DNA from: Planctomycetota bacterium
Lineage (GTDB): Bacteria; Planctomycetota; MHYJ01; WSZJ01
DNA: 64,000 bases
Direction: 5' to 3'
Assembly (NCBI GenBank): GCA_038060895.1
Contig: JBBTCT010000005.1
Span: 5,713 to 69,712, forward strand
In this document: positions 49,254 to 58,810 of the stretch, piece after piece
How the letters are laid out: every line of letters begins with the position of its first letter
Position numbering within the stretch: position 1 is the first letter of the stretch
Position numbers and translations under genes: made by a program
Notes under the pieces: generated by a model
Seen by the model: only the letters and a program-made list of their open reading frames with translations
What the model was told of the DNA's origin: nothing
The model's database searches: none

Positions 49254-50186
49254 ATGAGGAATTACGGATCCGCTTTTCGCTTCGCTTTTGTTCTGCCGGT
49301 GCTTGCGGCCTGCGCCGTCGCACAGGAGAGCGGAGGACCGGAGACTCCCCCACCGACCTCCGGGGCGGGTTTCGCGACACCCCTCGCCGCCTTCAATGCT
49401 GCCGCGGAAGGCGAGCGCGCAAAGGACTGGGGCGCGGTCTTCGACAGCTATCTCCCCGATGACCGCTGCCTGGTTCTCGCCAGCGCAATGTTCCTGTGCC
49501 GGGTGTCCGCGCAAACGAGTGGCCGCAGCGACACCCAGCTCGCAGAGCTCAACGAATTGCTGAATGACGCCGGGGCAAAGCACGAGTCTCAAGGCACAAC
49601 CGCACTCGATGACGCCGCACTTGCCGCGGAGGCCTACTCCTCCGTCAACGATGCCCGAGCCCTATGGGTTTCGCTTCGAATCTGGTTTGAGAAAAACGAA
49701 GCGCTTCACGAACCCTCCCGATTTCTCGGAAAGATCGGTGAAATCAGCGAGGAGGACGGCGCTGCACACGGAGTCGTGTCCCTGGTCGGCGGTGGAGTGG
49801 CGGGGATCTGGTTCCAGAAATCCGGTGGGCGCTGGTTCATCAGCAAGAGCGCCAAGCTGGAAAGTGAAAGGCGAACTCGCGCTCGAAAAGACATTCATGA
49901 CATCTCCCTGCAGGTGAAACTATTCCGGCTTGAGCAAGCCCGGTGGCCTCAAAGTCTCGAGGAACTGGTGAAACGCCCCGCGGATCTGAAGGATTGGCCC
50001 GCGGATGGATATCTGCAGGATGTCCCCAGTGACCCATGGGGCGGGGCATATGTCCTCAAACTGCCAGGCAGGGACGGCAGGGATTTCGAAGTGATCGCCT
50101 ACGGCATGGACAAGAAGCCCGGAGGAGAAGGCCGGGACAAGGACCTGTCTGGCACCTACGAGCGAGAAGCTCCCGAAAAGAAATGA
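49254..50186 (+). CDS. Exported protein: NTF2-like domain fused to a C-terminal GspG pseudopilin-like domain
   Basis: C-terminal WPQSLEELV.RP....W...YL..VPSDPWGGAY...PG....FEVIAYGMDKKPGGEG.DKD; no N-terminal prepilin GFTLIE motif. Confidence 0.7.
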   Translation: MRNYGSAFRFAFVLPVLAACAVAQESGGPETPPPTSGAGFATPLAAFNAAAEGERAKDWGAVFDSYLPDDRCLVLASAMFLCRVSAQTSGRSDTQLAELNELLNDAGAKHESQGTTALDDAALAAEAYSSVNDARALWVSLRIWFEKNEALHEPSRFLGKIGEISEEDGAAHGVVSLVGGGVAGIWFQKSGGRWFISKSAKLESERRTRARKDIHDISLQVKLFRLEQARWPQSLEELVKRPADLKDWPADGYLQDVPSDPWGGAYVLKLPGRDGRDFEVIAYGMDKKPGGEGRDKDLSGTYEREAPEKK

Positions 50187-50247
50187 CCCTATCCGGAAAA
50201 TCGTCATACTTCCGGCTCGCCAAAACCCCTCTCAGGAGACCTCCGCG

Positions 50248-50895
50248 ATGAAGCACCTCCTCCTCGTCCTGTTGTCCATCGTCGTCCTCGCATCGTGCGG
50301 CAAGGGCGACTCTTCCAGCGGCGCCCCGGCCCCTTCCGGCGGCAAATCCAGCACCGGGACAGAAGGCAGCGGTTCGTCAGCATCGTCCGCAGGCGCAGCG
50401 ACTCCGCAGGAGGCCTTCGACAAGGCGAAAGCCGCGGGCGAGAAGAAGGACTACGGCGGGCTCTACGACATCGTCTGCCCGGATGAGACCGACATGCTCG
50501 TGTTCGCCGCGATGATGATCGGCGCGTTCTCGACCATGGGGGACGAGGCGAAGGCCAAGGAATTCGAAGCGATTTCGAAGAAGTACAACCTCCCGGATGC
50601 GAAGGACGGCCCGAAGGTCGACATGAACGACAAGGCGGCGATGAAGAGGGGGCTTGCCGAGATCTTCAAGGACGTAAAGGACAAGCGCGGGTTTTTCGTC
50701 GAAGTTTTCACCTGGGAAGCGAAGACCGCGAAACCCGGGAGCGAAGCGAAGTTGAACATCACCGGCACGCTCAAGGACATGAAGGAAACCGGCGACGCGG
50801 CGACGGCGACGATGGTCGAGGCGGACCAGAAGGAAAAGCCGATGGCGTTCAAGAAGTACCAGGGGCGCTGGTACATGAGCATGCCCGGACAGTAG
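50248..50895 (+). CDS. Hypothetical lipoprotein, paralogue of the N-terminal domain of 49254-50186
   Basis: AGGAG SD, lipobox VLASC, Ser/Gly linker, ATPQEAF...KKDY...GRWYM. Confidence 0.7.
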   Translation: MKHLLLVLLSIVVLASCGKGDSSSGAPAPSGGKSSTGTEGSGSSASSAGAATPQEAFDKAKAAGEKKDYGGLYDIVCPDETDMLVFAAMMIGAFSTMGDEAKAKEFEAISKKYNLPDAKDGPKVDMNDKAAMKRGLAEIFKDVKDKRGFFVEVFTWEAKTAKPGSEAKLNITGTLKDMKETGDAATATMVEADQKEKPMAFKKYQGRWYMSMPGQ

Positions 50896-50897
50896 GA

Positions 50898-51719
50898 CTA
50901 ACGGTCGGCGTTGTTCATCAATTCGCCGACGCCGCCGGCGCCCGGGACGATGTACTGCTTTCCGTTCAGCCCGCGCTCCCGGGCACCTTTTGAACCCGGG
51001 ACGCTCTTCAGCACGTCCGGCGCGGACATTCCCCTGTCGAGTCGCACTGCGTAAATCTCGACGGGGAGCCGGCTGGCCTTCACCGCCCGGATCGCTTCCG
51101 GCGTCACGATCAGGTGCATCGCGATGATCTTCGCCGGTTTTCCTTTCCGCAGGAGTTCGCGGACCGTTGCGAGCATCGAAGCGCCCGTGGCTCCCATCGG
51201 GTCGGGTATCAGGAAGATCGCTCCTTCGATCGGCCCCCCGATTTTCGAGCCGGAGAAATTAACTCCGACGACGCGCCCCTTCGCGTCGGTCTTCCGTTCC
51301 ATGAAGACGTGGTCCTGCCGGACGCAGGAAGGGTCCATCAGGAAATTGAGCGTCTCGTAGCAGACTTGCGAAGGCAGCGTGCCGGCCCGGGCAATGTTGA
51401 CGCACACGACGCGCGCCGCGGGGTCAACGGCTTCCCCGAGGAGGCGTGCTTCGGCGGGATGAAGCGCGGCCATGCGGGTCGGCTGATCGAGGGTGCGAAG
51501 CGGAAATTCGGCGGAGACGACGTGGGCGAGAAGGTCCTGGTAGAGGCGGCTGACGAGTTCGCCGAGAACAGGCTGGCCGGTTCCCGGGGAGCAGAGCCGG
51601 GCCAGGAGGGTCATCGCATACGGCGTGGAGACGATGTGAACGTGGGGTCCGTAGCGGTGGCGGAGTTCGGGGAGGGAGCGGGGGAGATTGCGGTGCGAGC
51701 GGTCAAAAGTGGGGGGCAT
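50898..51719 (-). CDS. upp: Uracil phosphoribosyltransferase (divergent type)
   Basis: IARAG, PRPP loop IPDPMGATGAS, LNGKQYIVPGAG.VG. Confidence 0.78.
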   Translation of the reverse strand: MPPTFDRSHRNLPRSLPELRHRYGPHVHIVSTPYAMTLLARLCSPGTGQPVLGELVSRLYQDLLAHVVSAEFPLRTLDQPTRMAALHPAEARLLGEAVDPAARVVCVNIARAGTLPSQVCYETLNFLMDPSCVRQDHVFMERKTDAKGRVVGVNFSGSKIGGPIEGAIFLIPDPMGATGASMLATVRELLRKGKPAKIIAMHLIVTPEAIRAVKASRLPVEIYAVRLDRGMSAPDVLKSVPGSKGARERGLNGKQYIVPGAGGVGELMNNADR

Positions 51720-51736
51720 GGCGGAAGTCTAAGGGC

Positions 51737-51844
51737 AAATCCCAACTCCAACCCCAACTCCAACTCCAAATAACCGCTCTTCCATCCACTGGTCGTCGTA
51801 TCCGCTCGATCAGGACTTGTCCTTTGGGGTTGGAGTTGGGATTT
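51737..51844. repeat. 108-bp intergenic element with 21-bp perfect inverted ends built from CCAACT/CCAACC hexamers
   Basis: AAATCCCAACTCCAACCCCAA (51737-57) is the reverse complement of TTGGGGTTGGAGTTGGGATTT (51824-44). Confidence 0.75.
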
Positions 51845-51862
51845 ATCTTTCCCCTTCCTTCC

Positions 51863-54800
51863 CTAATACCCCCCCGCCTCCACCGGTCCCAGCCTCGTCC
51901 CCGCGGCCGGAAAAACCAGAATCATGGTCGTCCCCTTCCCCTCCACACTTTCAAACGTGATCCTCCCGTTCATATCCTCGATCACCCTGCGCACAATCCC
52001 CAGCCCGAGCCCGGTTCCTTCCGTCTTCGTCGAGAAATACGGCTCGAACATCCGGCCCTTCATGTCCTCGGGGATCCCGACCCCCGTGTCGCGGATCCGC
52101 AAGTGCACCTTGAGCCCTTCTGCGCGTGAGGTGACCGTCAGCATCCCGCCCCCCGGCATGGCCTGAAGAGCGTTCTTCACGAGATTCGTGAATGCGCGCG
52201 CGACCTCGTCGCGGTCCCCCCGGACGGGGGCCAGGGGGCTCTCGAGGTCTTCGACGAAAGTGACCTTCGGCGCGGTCGGCTTGAAGAGCCCGACGACATC
52301 CCGCAGAATTTCGTTCAGGTCGAGTTCGACGATGGCACGCGACGGCTTCCCCGCAAACTGTGAGAAGTTTGTCGCGATCCGGGCGAGCAGGTCGATCTGC
52401 CCGATCGTCATGTCCACGGATTCCTCGAGCTGCTTCGCGAAATCCGCGTCCTGCGCTTCCCAGGCGGCGCGGAGATTCTGAAGCGACAGCTTGAGCGGCG
52501 TGAGCGGGTTTTTTATTTCGTGAGCGACCTGTCGCGCCATTTCGCGCCACGCGCGCTCGCGCTCCTCGCGCGCGAGCGCCTCGCGCCCGCGCACGAGCCC
52601 CTCCGTCATCCGGTTGAACGCGGCGACCAGGTCCGCTACTTCCCCTTCGGCGCGGACGCGCACGCGCACGGTAAGATCGCCCGACTCGATCTTCCCTGCC
52701 GCCGCGGTCAGCGCGGCCACGGGACCCGAGATGCGCCGCGCGATGAAGGCGGAGAGCGGCCAGAGGAGAAGCGCGATGAGCGTCGCGCCGCCCAGGGCGA
52801 GCGTCGTCGCCCTTCCTGCGTCGCCGGCCCCCGTCTCGGGGTCCGCCGCCACGCCGATGATGGCCTTACGCGACCTCTCCGCCGCCGTCCAGGTCGTCCC
52901 TGCCGGCATGACGCCGGCGCCGGGGCGGCCGTGGCGGAAGCGGCCGCCCTGGAGCGCAATTTCGATCCACGTGTTGGCCGGCGTGTACCCGGGCGCAACT
53001 TCCAGCGTGCGCAGGGAGGGCTGACCGACGGCCTTCAGCTTACCGTTGTAGTAATAGTAGACGTCGCGTCCGACGAGGTCCTCCACGTCCGTCAGAATTG
53101 CGTCCGACACGGCGCTGTACTGCCCTCCCGACGCCTCCGCTGCGCGTTTCATTGCAATGGTCGCGGCTTCTTCTTCGCGCTTCTCTCCCGCCTGCTCGAG
53201 GGGGAGATTGCCGAGGGACTGCGCCAGGTATCCGAGACCGCCGACGGGCAGGATGCTGACAGTGAGAAGTGCGAGCGTGAGCCGGACTTCCAGGCGTCCC
53301 GACAGGTCGGGGGACAACGTGCGGGCCGCGCGTGCCGAGAGAAGGAGCAGCACTCCGAACGGCGCGCCGCAGAGGGCAAAGAGGAAAACGGTGCGCAACG
53401 CACGAATCACGGTCTCCACGAACGTCGCACGAGGGCGGCCGAACGCCCAGACCCGGCGGGCGCTGCCGTCCCCCTCCGTGACGCGAAAAAGGGCCTCGTA
53501 CGGCACCCCGGAGAGGTCGATGTTCTGCCAGCGAGGCTCGCCGGCCGGAACCTGGGGCAGCACGGCGGAGAGTCGCGGATCGGTCCAGACGCCTTCCTCC
53601 AGCACGGCGAGAATCCCGCGTGGAACCGGGGCCGAGACGAGCAGAAGAGGCGCACCGGGAAGATTCTCGTCCACGGGCCCCCGGACGGTGGCAAGCACGC
53701 GCCGGGGCCGGTCTTTGTCCGGAGCGATCACGACGGTGTAATCGAACAGGAGGGTCCCGCTGGACGATCGCGGCTGAAGATCACCGGCCTTGTCTTCCGC
53801 TTCGGACGGGATCCAGCCGGGAAGACCGACACTGAAGGATCGCCAGTCGTGTCCGTCGTACGACGCGACGCCGAGCGCGAAACCACGGGCGCTCGAGGCT
53901 TCTGAGTCCGCCCAGATGTCGAGGAGTTCGCGTTCCGTGGGAGGCCGGTTTGAGGGAAGCTCCACGAGCCTGGAGGCCGCCCTCCGGGCGAGGTAACGGA
54001 AGCTGGCATCGACGCCCCCCGCCACCTTTTCGGAGAGACCGGCGAGATCCGACCGCGACTTCGCTTCGGCATCGCTCGTCAGGGCCGCGCCGGAGAGGTA
54101 AGCGGCCGCGAGGGCCCCGCCGACGGCGACGATCGGGATTGCGGGACGGCGGAGCAACAGGAGCAGAAGCCACGGCAGGAACACGAGGGCCGGCGCGTCG
54201 TGAAATCCAGCCAGGGCCATGGCGGCCGTGAGCGCAACCGCCGCCGCTTTCGCCCATTTTCCACGGGATTCCCCGGCCCAGCCCTCGAACGCTTCTCCGG
54301 CCGCCCGGGCGGCCAGCCGCGCTCCCAGGAAACATGCGATTGACCCTGCTGCGATGGAAATCCAGAGCGCGGCGGAGGCGCCCGCGGGCACAACGCTCTC
54401 CGGATCGAGGAGATCGACCCGCGAGTCGCGGACGATCGACGCGAGGTGCTCTCGATAGATCCAGGCGACGCCCGCGAAAACTGCGGGAAGTGCCGTCGCG
54501 AGCCATTTCGGCAGCCCGGGTAGCCCCCGGGCGGAGATGAACGCGATGTGAATGGCGCCGAAGACCGAGGTGAGAGCGAGGTCGCCGGCGGTGCGGGCGA
54601 GGTGGAAGAAGCGGAGAGTGCCGTACTGCGACGTGTCGAACGCGGGCCCCTCGAAAAGGGCGCCCGGGACATCGAGGGCCAGGAGGACGAAGCGTGCGCC
54701 CCAGATCGCCGCGGCGAGGGCGCCGTGTCGCAGCACGGGATGCGATGTCGAGCGAAGAAAGAACAAGGTCGCGGCCAGGATGAGCAAGACCGCGGCAGCG

Positions 54801-55435
54801 CCCGAGATACCGCGAGCCGCGTCGGCCCTGCGTTGCGGCTCTGCCGGCGCTTCGAGGAAGGGCGAGATTCCCTCGCCCACGGCGACGGCTGCGCCGGTTC
54901 CCTCCCAGGCGATCGTGACTCCCGAGCGAAGGGCGATCTCGTCGGCCGGGAACGCGTTCCGCATGAGCAGTTTCGGCAGCGTGACGCGGGGCCGCAGGGT
55001 GCGCGTCGTGACGATGCGCCCGCCCGCCGCCTCGACCTGGCACCATAGATACCACCACGCGGAGTTTTCCCAGACGCCCTTCTCACCGTCGAGCGCCCAG
55101 CCTTCGATGCCGGCCGGTGGCACGCCGGCCCAGACTTCCACACGGCCTTCCTTGACGAAGACCACCGACCAGCTGCGGCGGTCGATCGCGGCGAGCCGGC
55201 TGAAGACTTCCACCGGTTCGCCGCCTTGCTGCACGGCCTGGGCGGCTCGTTTTGCAACGTCGGCGCCCGCGGCGCGTTCGGCCTCCAGGGCCGCGGTGAG
55301 TGCAGCTTTCGCTTCCGCAACACGCGCCGCCGGATCGGCGGGCTTGCCCGCCAGGGCCACGCCCCATGCGACGGCGGCGGCGAGGCCCGCGACGATCGCG
55401 GCGGCGGCGAAGAGGCGGTCGGCTTTCACCGGCAC
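51863..55435 (-). CDS. Large multi-TM NtrY-like sensor histidine kinase with HAMP
   Basis: AWREMARQVAHEIKNPLTP, NLVKNA, DTGVGI, FSTKTEGTGLGL. Confidence 0.9.
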   Translation of the reverse strand: MPVKADRLFAAAAIVAGLAAAVAWGVALAGKPADPAARVAEAKAALTAALEAERAAGADVAKRAAQAVQQGGEPVEVFSRLAAIDRRSWSVVFVKEGRVEVWAGVPPAGIEGWALDGEKGVWENSAWWYLWCQVEAAGGRIVTTRTLRPRVTLPKLLMRNAFPADEIALRSGVTIAWEGTGAAVAVGEGISPFLEAPAEPQRRADAARGISGAAAVLLILAATLFFLRSTSHPVLRHGALAAAIWGARFVLLALDVPGALFEGPAFDTSQYGTLRFFHLARTAGDLALTSVFGAIHIAFISARGLPGLPKWLATALPAVFAGVAWIYREHLASIVRDSRVDLLDPESVVPAGASAALWISIAAGSIACFLGARLAARAAGEAFEGWAGESRGKWAKAAAVALTAAMALAGFHDAPALVFLPWLLLLLLRRPAIPIVAVGGALAAAYLSGAALTSDAEAKSRSDLAGLSEKVAGGVDASFRYLARRAASRLVELPSNRPPTERELLDIWADSEASSARGFALGVASYDGHDWRSFSVGLPGWIPSEAEDKAGDLQPRSSSGTLLFDYTVVIAPDKDRPRRVLATVRGPVDENLPGAPLLLVSAPVPRGILAVLEEGVWTDPRLSAVLPQVPAGEPRWQNIDLSGVPYEALFRVTEGDGSARRVWAFGRPRATFVETVIRALRTVFLFALCGAPFGVLLLLSARAARTLSPDLSGRLEVRLTLALLTVSILPVGGLGYLAQSLGNLPLEQAGEKREEEAATIAMKRAAEASGGQYSAVSDAILTDVEDLVGRDVYYYYNGKLKAVGQPSLRTLEVAPGYTPANTWIEIALQGGRFRHGRPGAGVMPAGTTWTAAERSRKAIIGVAADPETGAGDAGRATTLALGGATLIALLLWPLSAFIARRISGPVAALTAAAGKIESGDLTVRVRVRAEGEVADLVAAFNRMTEGLVRGREALAREERERAWREMARQVAHEIKNPLTPLKLSLQNLRAAWEAQDADFAKQLEESVDMTIGQIDLLARIATNFSQFAGKPSRAIVELDLNEILRDVVGLFKPTAPKVTFVEDLESPLAPVRGDRDEVARAFTNLVKNALQAMPGGGMLTVTSRAEGLKVHLRIRDTGVGIPEDMKGRMFEPYFSTKTEGTGLGLGIVRRVIEDMNGRITFESVEGKGTTMILVFPAAGTRLGPVEAGGY

Positions 55436-55501
55436 ATCTTATGATGAAAGCGCGCGGAAGCGGGCCCGGAGCCCGACCTGCAGGGCTTTCGCGCAGGCTC
55501 G

Positions 55502-55912
55502 TCAGCTGACCTTCTGCCCGGGCGCACTCGCCTTGCGCGGATCAGGCGTCAGCACCGCGACCGAGTCCGCCGTCGTCGCGGCCAGCATCATCCCCTGGCT
55601 TTCGACTCCCCGCAGCATGGCGGGCGCGAGGTTTGCCACGATGACCACGTTCTGTCCGGTCAGCTCCTCCGGCTTGTAGAACGCCTTGACCCCGGCAACG
55701 ATCTGGCGCTTCTCGGTCCCGAGATCGACCTCCAGCACATAAAGCCGATCCGCCTTCGGGTGATCCTTAACCGAAAGAACCTTTCCCACGCGCAGCTCGA
55801 GCTTCCTGAAATCGTCGATCGTCACTTTCACCGGCGCAGCGGGCGCGGCGGTGACGGCGGGAACCGCGGCGGGCTGCGGCGGCGGAACGGGCTGCGGGAC
55901 CGGGTCGGCCAT
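55502..55912 (-). CDS. Stand-alone tRNA-binding OB-fold protein (MetRS C-terminal/Trbp111/CsaA family)
   Basis: DDFRKLELRVGKV...HPKADRL...DLG..RQIVAG...NLAP...GVESQGM. Confidence 0.9.
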   Translation of the reverse strand: MADPVPQPVPPPQPAAVPAVTAAPAAPVKVTIDDFRKLELRVGKVLSVKDHPKADRLYVLEVDLGTEKRQIVAGVKAFYKPEELTGQNVVIVANLAPAMLRGVESQGMMLAATTADSVAVLTPDPRKASAPGQKVS

Positions 55913-55960
55913 GGAAGATCTCCTCAGTGCTGTTGGTGTAACGACGTGTTGTACCTCACT

Positions 55961-57685
55961 CTACTTCGCGCCCCTTTTCTCCCACGGAGCGCCCATCCAC
56001 GACGAGTAAATCGCCCGCTGGGCCGCGTTCGCCGCCGGAAGCTTCTCGATCGAGCATCCGCCCACTCTCCGCGATCCCACCACCACGCGGCACCGGCGAA
56101 GGCGGCTTCCACGGAAAAACGTCAACTCCACCCGTTCCCCCGCACGCCGCTCCTCAAGCCGCTTCTCCCACGACTCGTGATCCACCTTGTGCCCTCCCAG
56201 CGCGAGCAGCTCGTCGCCGGCATGAAGCCCCGCGCGCTGCGCAGGCGAGCCCGCCAGCATCCCGAGGACCAGCGTACGCCCCTCCTTCTTCTCCGTGCGG
56301 AAACCGAGCCAGGACTTCAGCGCCGGCTCGCCTTCCTTCCTCGCCTTCGGCACCAGCCGCAATCCGGCGGCGGCCAGGTACCGGTTGTAATTCAACTCCT
56401 CGGTCCCGCGGATGTACTTCTCGAAAAACCCGTGAAGGCTCGCGCCCGCCACCTCCGAGCACGCTTCCTCGTACCGCCCCTCGGGAAACCCGATCCCTTT
56501 CGCCGCGTACTCGCGCCAGAGCAGCCGCAGCACCGTGTCGAGCGACCGCCGCCCCTTCGTCCGCCGCCGGATCTCCAGGTCCAGCAGCAGAGCGACCAGC
56601 GAGCCTTTCTCGTAATAGCTCACCGTCGCGTTCGGCGTGTGCTCCCCCGGGTTGTAGAACTTGATCCACGCGTCAAACGACGAATCCGACAGCGACTGCT
56701 TCGCCCTCCCCGGCGTCTCCTGCACCCGGTCCACCGTCTCCGCAATCATCTTGAGGTACTTCGACGGCAGGATCAGCCCCGCCCGCCGCAAAAACAGGTC
56801 GTCGTAATACGCCGTCACCCCTTCCATCGCCCACAACAGCCGCGTGTAGTTCTCGCGCTCGTAGTCGAACGGCCCCAGCACCTGCGGCCGGAGACGCTTC
56901 ACGTTCCACAGGTGGAAAAACTCGTGCGAGACCAGCCCAAGGAAGCGCTCGTGTTTGTCGTCCGGGCGGAATCCCCAGCGCGAGAACGCCAGCGACGTCG
57001 AGTTCAGGTGTTCGAGGCCGCCGCCTTTGCCGTCGTCGGTGAAGTGCAGGATGAAGAGGTACCGCTCGTACGGCACGGCGCGCATCATGTCGATCTCGGC
57101 CTGGACGATCCTGGGGAGTTCCTTCTGGAAGCGCTTGATGTCGAGGTTGGAATCGCCGCGCCAGATGAAGCGGTGAGGTTTTCCACCGGCTTTGAAGGTG
57201 AACTCCTGGAAGTCGCCGCATTCGACCGGTGCGTCGACGAGGACGTCGTAGTTCGGCGCGGTGAACGCACCTGGTCCGGCCGTGTCGAGCGCGCAGGCGA
57301 TTTTCCAGCCGCGCGGGGCGCGGACTTCGAGGCGGCAGGGCTCGTCCTTGCGCCCGTCCAGGTACATGAGCATGTTGGACGTGACGAGGGCCGCGTGCTC
57401 GTCATCGACGTGCGATGTGCGCACTGTCAGCTCGTGGCAGTACGCCTGCCAGGTCGCGTGGAGTTTCCCGGCCCCCGCGTGGACGCGCCACGTGTTCTTG
57501 TCGATTTTCTCGAAGCGGTGCGTCGAGCGGAACCCGTGGATGTGCTGCGCGAAGTCGCGGATCTTGTACGAGCCCGGCGTCCAGGCCGGGAGCACGAGAT
57601 CCACTGCGCCGTCGACGTCGGCTTCAAGCGTGACGTCGACGAGGTGCGTGTGCGGGTCGGAGATGACGATGCGGTAATGGATCAT
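55961..57685 (-). CDS. M61-family metallopeptidase with PDZ domain
   Basis: PAWTPGSY, GGLEH, HEFFHLWN, EGVTAYY, SYYEKG; PDZ GSPAQRAGLHAGD. Confidence 0.93.
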   Translation of the reverse strand: MIHYRIVISDPHTHLVDVTLEADVDGAVDLVLPAWTPGSYKIRDFAQHIHGFRSTHRFEKIDKNTWRVHAGAGKLHATWQAYCHELTVRTSHVDDEHAALVTSNMLMYLDGRKDEPCRLEVRAPRGWKIACALDTAGPGAFTAPNYDVLVDAPVECGDFQEFTFKAGGKPHRFIWRGDSNLDIKRFQKELPRIVQAEIDMMRAVPYERYLFILHFTDDGKGGGLEHLNSTSLAFSRWGFRPDDKHERFLGLVSHEFFHLWNVKRLRPQVLGPFDYERENYTRLLWAMEGVTAYYDDLFLRRAGLILPSKYLKMIAETVDRVQETPGRAKQSLSDSSFDAWIKFYNPGEHTPNATVSYYEKGSLVALLLDLEIRRRTKGRRSLDTVLRLLWREYAAKGIGFPEGRYEEACSEVAGASLHGFFEKYIRGTEELNYNRYLAAAGLRLVPKARKEGEPALKSWLGFRTEKKEGRTLVLGMLAGSPAQRAGLHAGDELLALGGHKVDHESWEKRLEERRAGERVELTFFRGSRLRRCRVVVGSRRVGGCSIEKLPAANAAQRAIYSSWMGAPWEKRGAK

Positions 57686-57689
57686 CTGG

Positions 57690-57757
57690 TTTGGAGTTGG
57701 GAGTGCTGAGTACTGAGTAGTGAGCAGGGGGTAGTGGGTAGGAGGCAGGAAGGGCGG
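57690..57757. repeat. Degenerate heptamer tandem repeat in the lgt-M61 spacer
   Basis: AGTGCTG AGTACTG AGTAGTG AGCAGGG GGTAGTG GGTAGGA GGCAGGA, preceded by TTGGAGTTGGGA. Confidence 0.6.
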
Positions 57758-57784
57758 GGATTCTGGAGGGGTGCTGCTGATGCG

Positions 57785-58627
57785 TCACGCTTTCTCCGCT
57801 GCGACGGCGGGAACCGGATCCGCGGACGAACCTAGGGCCCCCAATTTCCGCTGCACCAGGTATCCGACGACGCCGGCGGGGAATAGAAGGAGCGCGATCC
57901 ACTGCGATGTCATCAGGGGCCCGTACTCGCCGCGCGGGTCGTCTCGCCAGAACTCGACCGTGAAGCGGGCGACCGCGTAGAGGGCGACGTACGACCACCA
58001 GACCTGGCCCCGGAACTTGCGTCTCGGCAGCAGCCACAGGAGAAAGGCGCCTATGAGAAGCGCGGAGGCGACCTCGTAGAGTTGCGTCGGATGACGCGGA
58101 ATCGGTGGAAACTCGTGCCGCTCCGGAATCGCAATCCCCCACGCGACCTCGTGCCCGTAACAGCAGCCGTTCATGAAACAGCCCAAACGCCCGATCGCGT
58201 AGCCGAACGAAATCGCGGGCGCGATGAAATCGCCGAGCTGCCACGGGTGAATTCGGCGCCGCCAGACCATCCAGAAGCAGACGAGGAAGGCGCCGATGAA
58301 ACCGCCGTACCAGACGAGGCCTCCTTCCCACACCTTGAGGAACTTCAGCGGGTCCGCCAGAAATTCGCGCCAGACGTTTTCAAACAGAACGTGGAAAACG
58401 CGCGCCCCGACCACGGCCCCGATCATCGCGCCGAACCCAAGGTCGTAGATCCATTCCAGGAACGCCTTCTTCTCTTCGTCGGTCGCGCCCGGCTTGAACG
58501 GCGGGTCACGCCGGTCGACCGCGATCAGCTTTCTCGTAAGCCAGAACGCCTGCATGAACGCGAGGCAGATGGCCAGGCCGAACGCGTAGATCGGAAGAGG
58601 GCCAATATGGAAGAGGACGCTTCGCAT
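57785..58627 (-). CDS. lgt: Prolipoprotein diacylglyceryl transferase
   Basis: GARVFHV, WEGGLVWYGG, GRLGCFMNGCCYG, HPTQLYE, RFTVEFWR. Confidence 0.95.
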   Translation of the reverse strand: MRSVLFHIGPLPIYAFGLAICLAFMQAFWLTRKLIAVDRRDPPFKPGATDEEKKAFLEWIYDLGFGAMIGAVVGARVFHVLFENVWREFLADPLKFLKVWEGGLVWYGGFIGAFLVCFWMVWRRRIHPWQLGDFIAPAISFGYAIGRLGCFMNGCCYGHEVAWGIAIPERHEFPPIPRHPTQLYEVASALLIGAFLLWLLPRRKFRGQVWWSYVALYAVARFTVEFWRDDPRGEYGPLMTSQWIALLLFPAGVVGYLVQRKLGALGSSADPVPAVAAEKA

Positions 58628-58810
58628 CGGGGCCGAATTGTAGGGAGGCGGCGGCGATCCGACGATGAAGACTTTAGAATCAGGGGCGTCGGCGCGATTT
58701 TCCTTCTCCCGCCGCTGCATTTCCCTATCCTCCTCCGCCCATCCCGGCGCGGGGCAGCCCGGACCGTGCTAAGCTTCCCCCCGCTCCGCGATCAACGAAA
58801 GGCCCGCGCC

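Noticed and set aside
55502-55912. Calling this gene metG or a metG pseudogene
   Set aside because: Only the tRNA-binding OB fold is present, with its own SD and an intact frame. Stand-alone forms are common.
51737-57760. Possible CRISPR arrays at the short repeats (51737-51844, 57690-57760)
   Set aside because: The units are 6-7 nt with no spacers, and there are no cas genes in the window.
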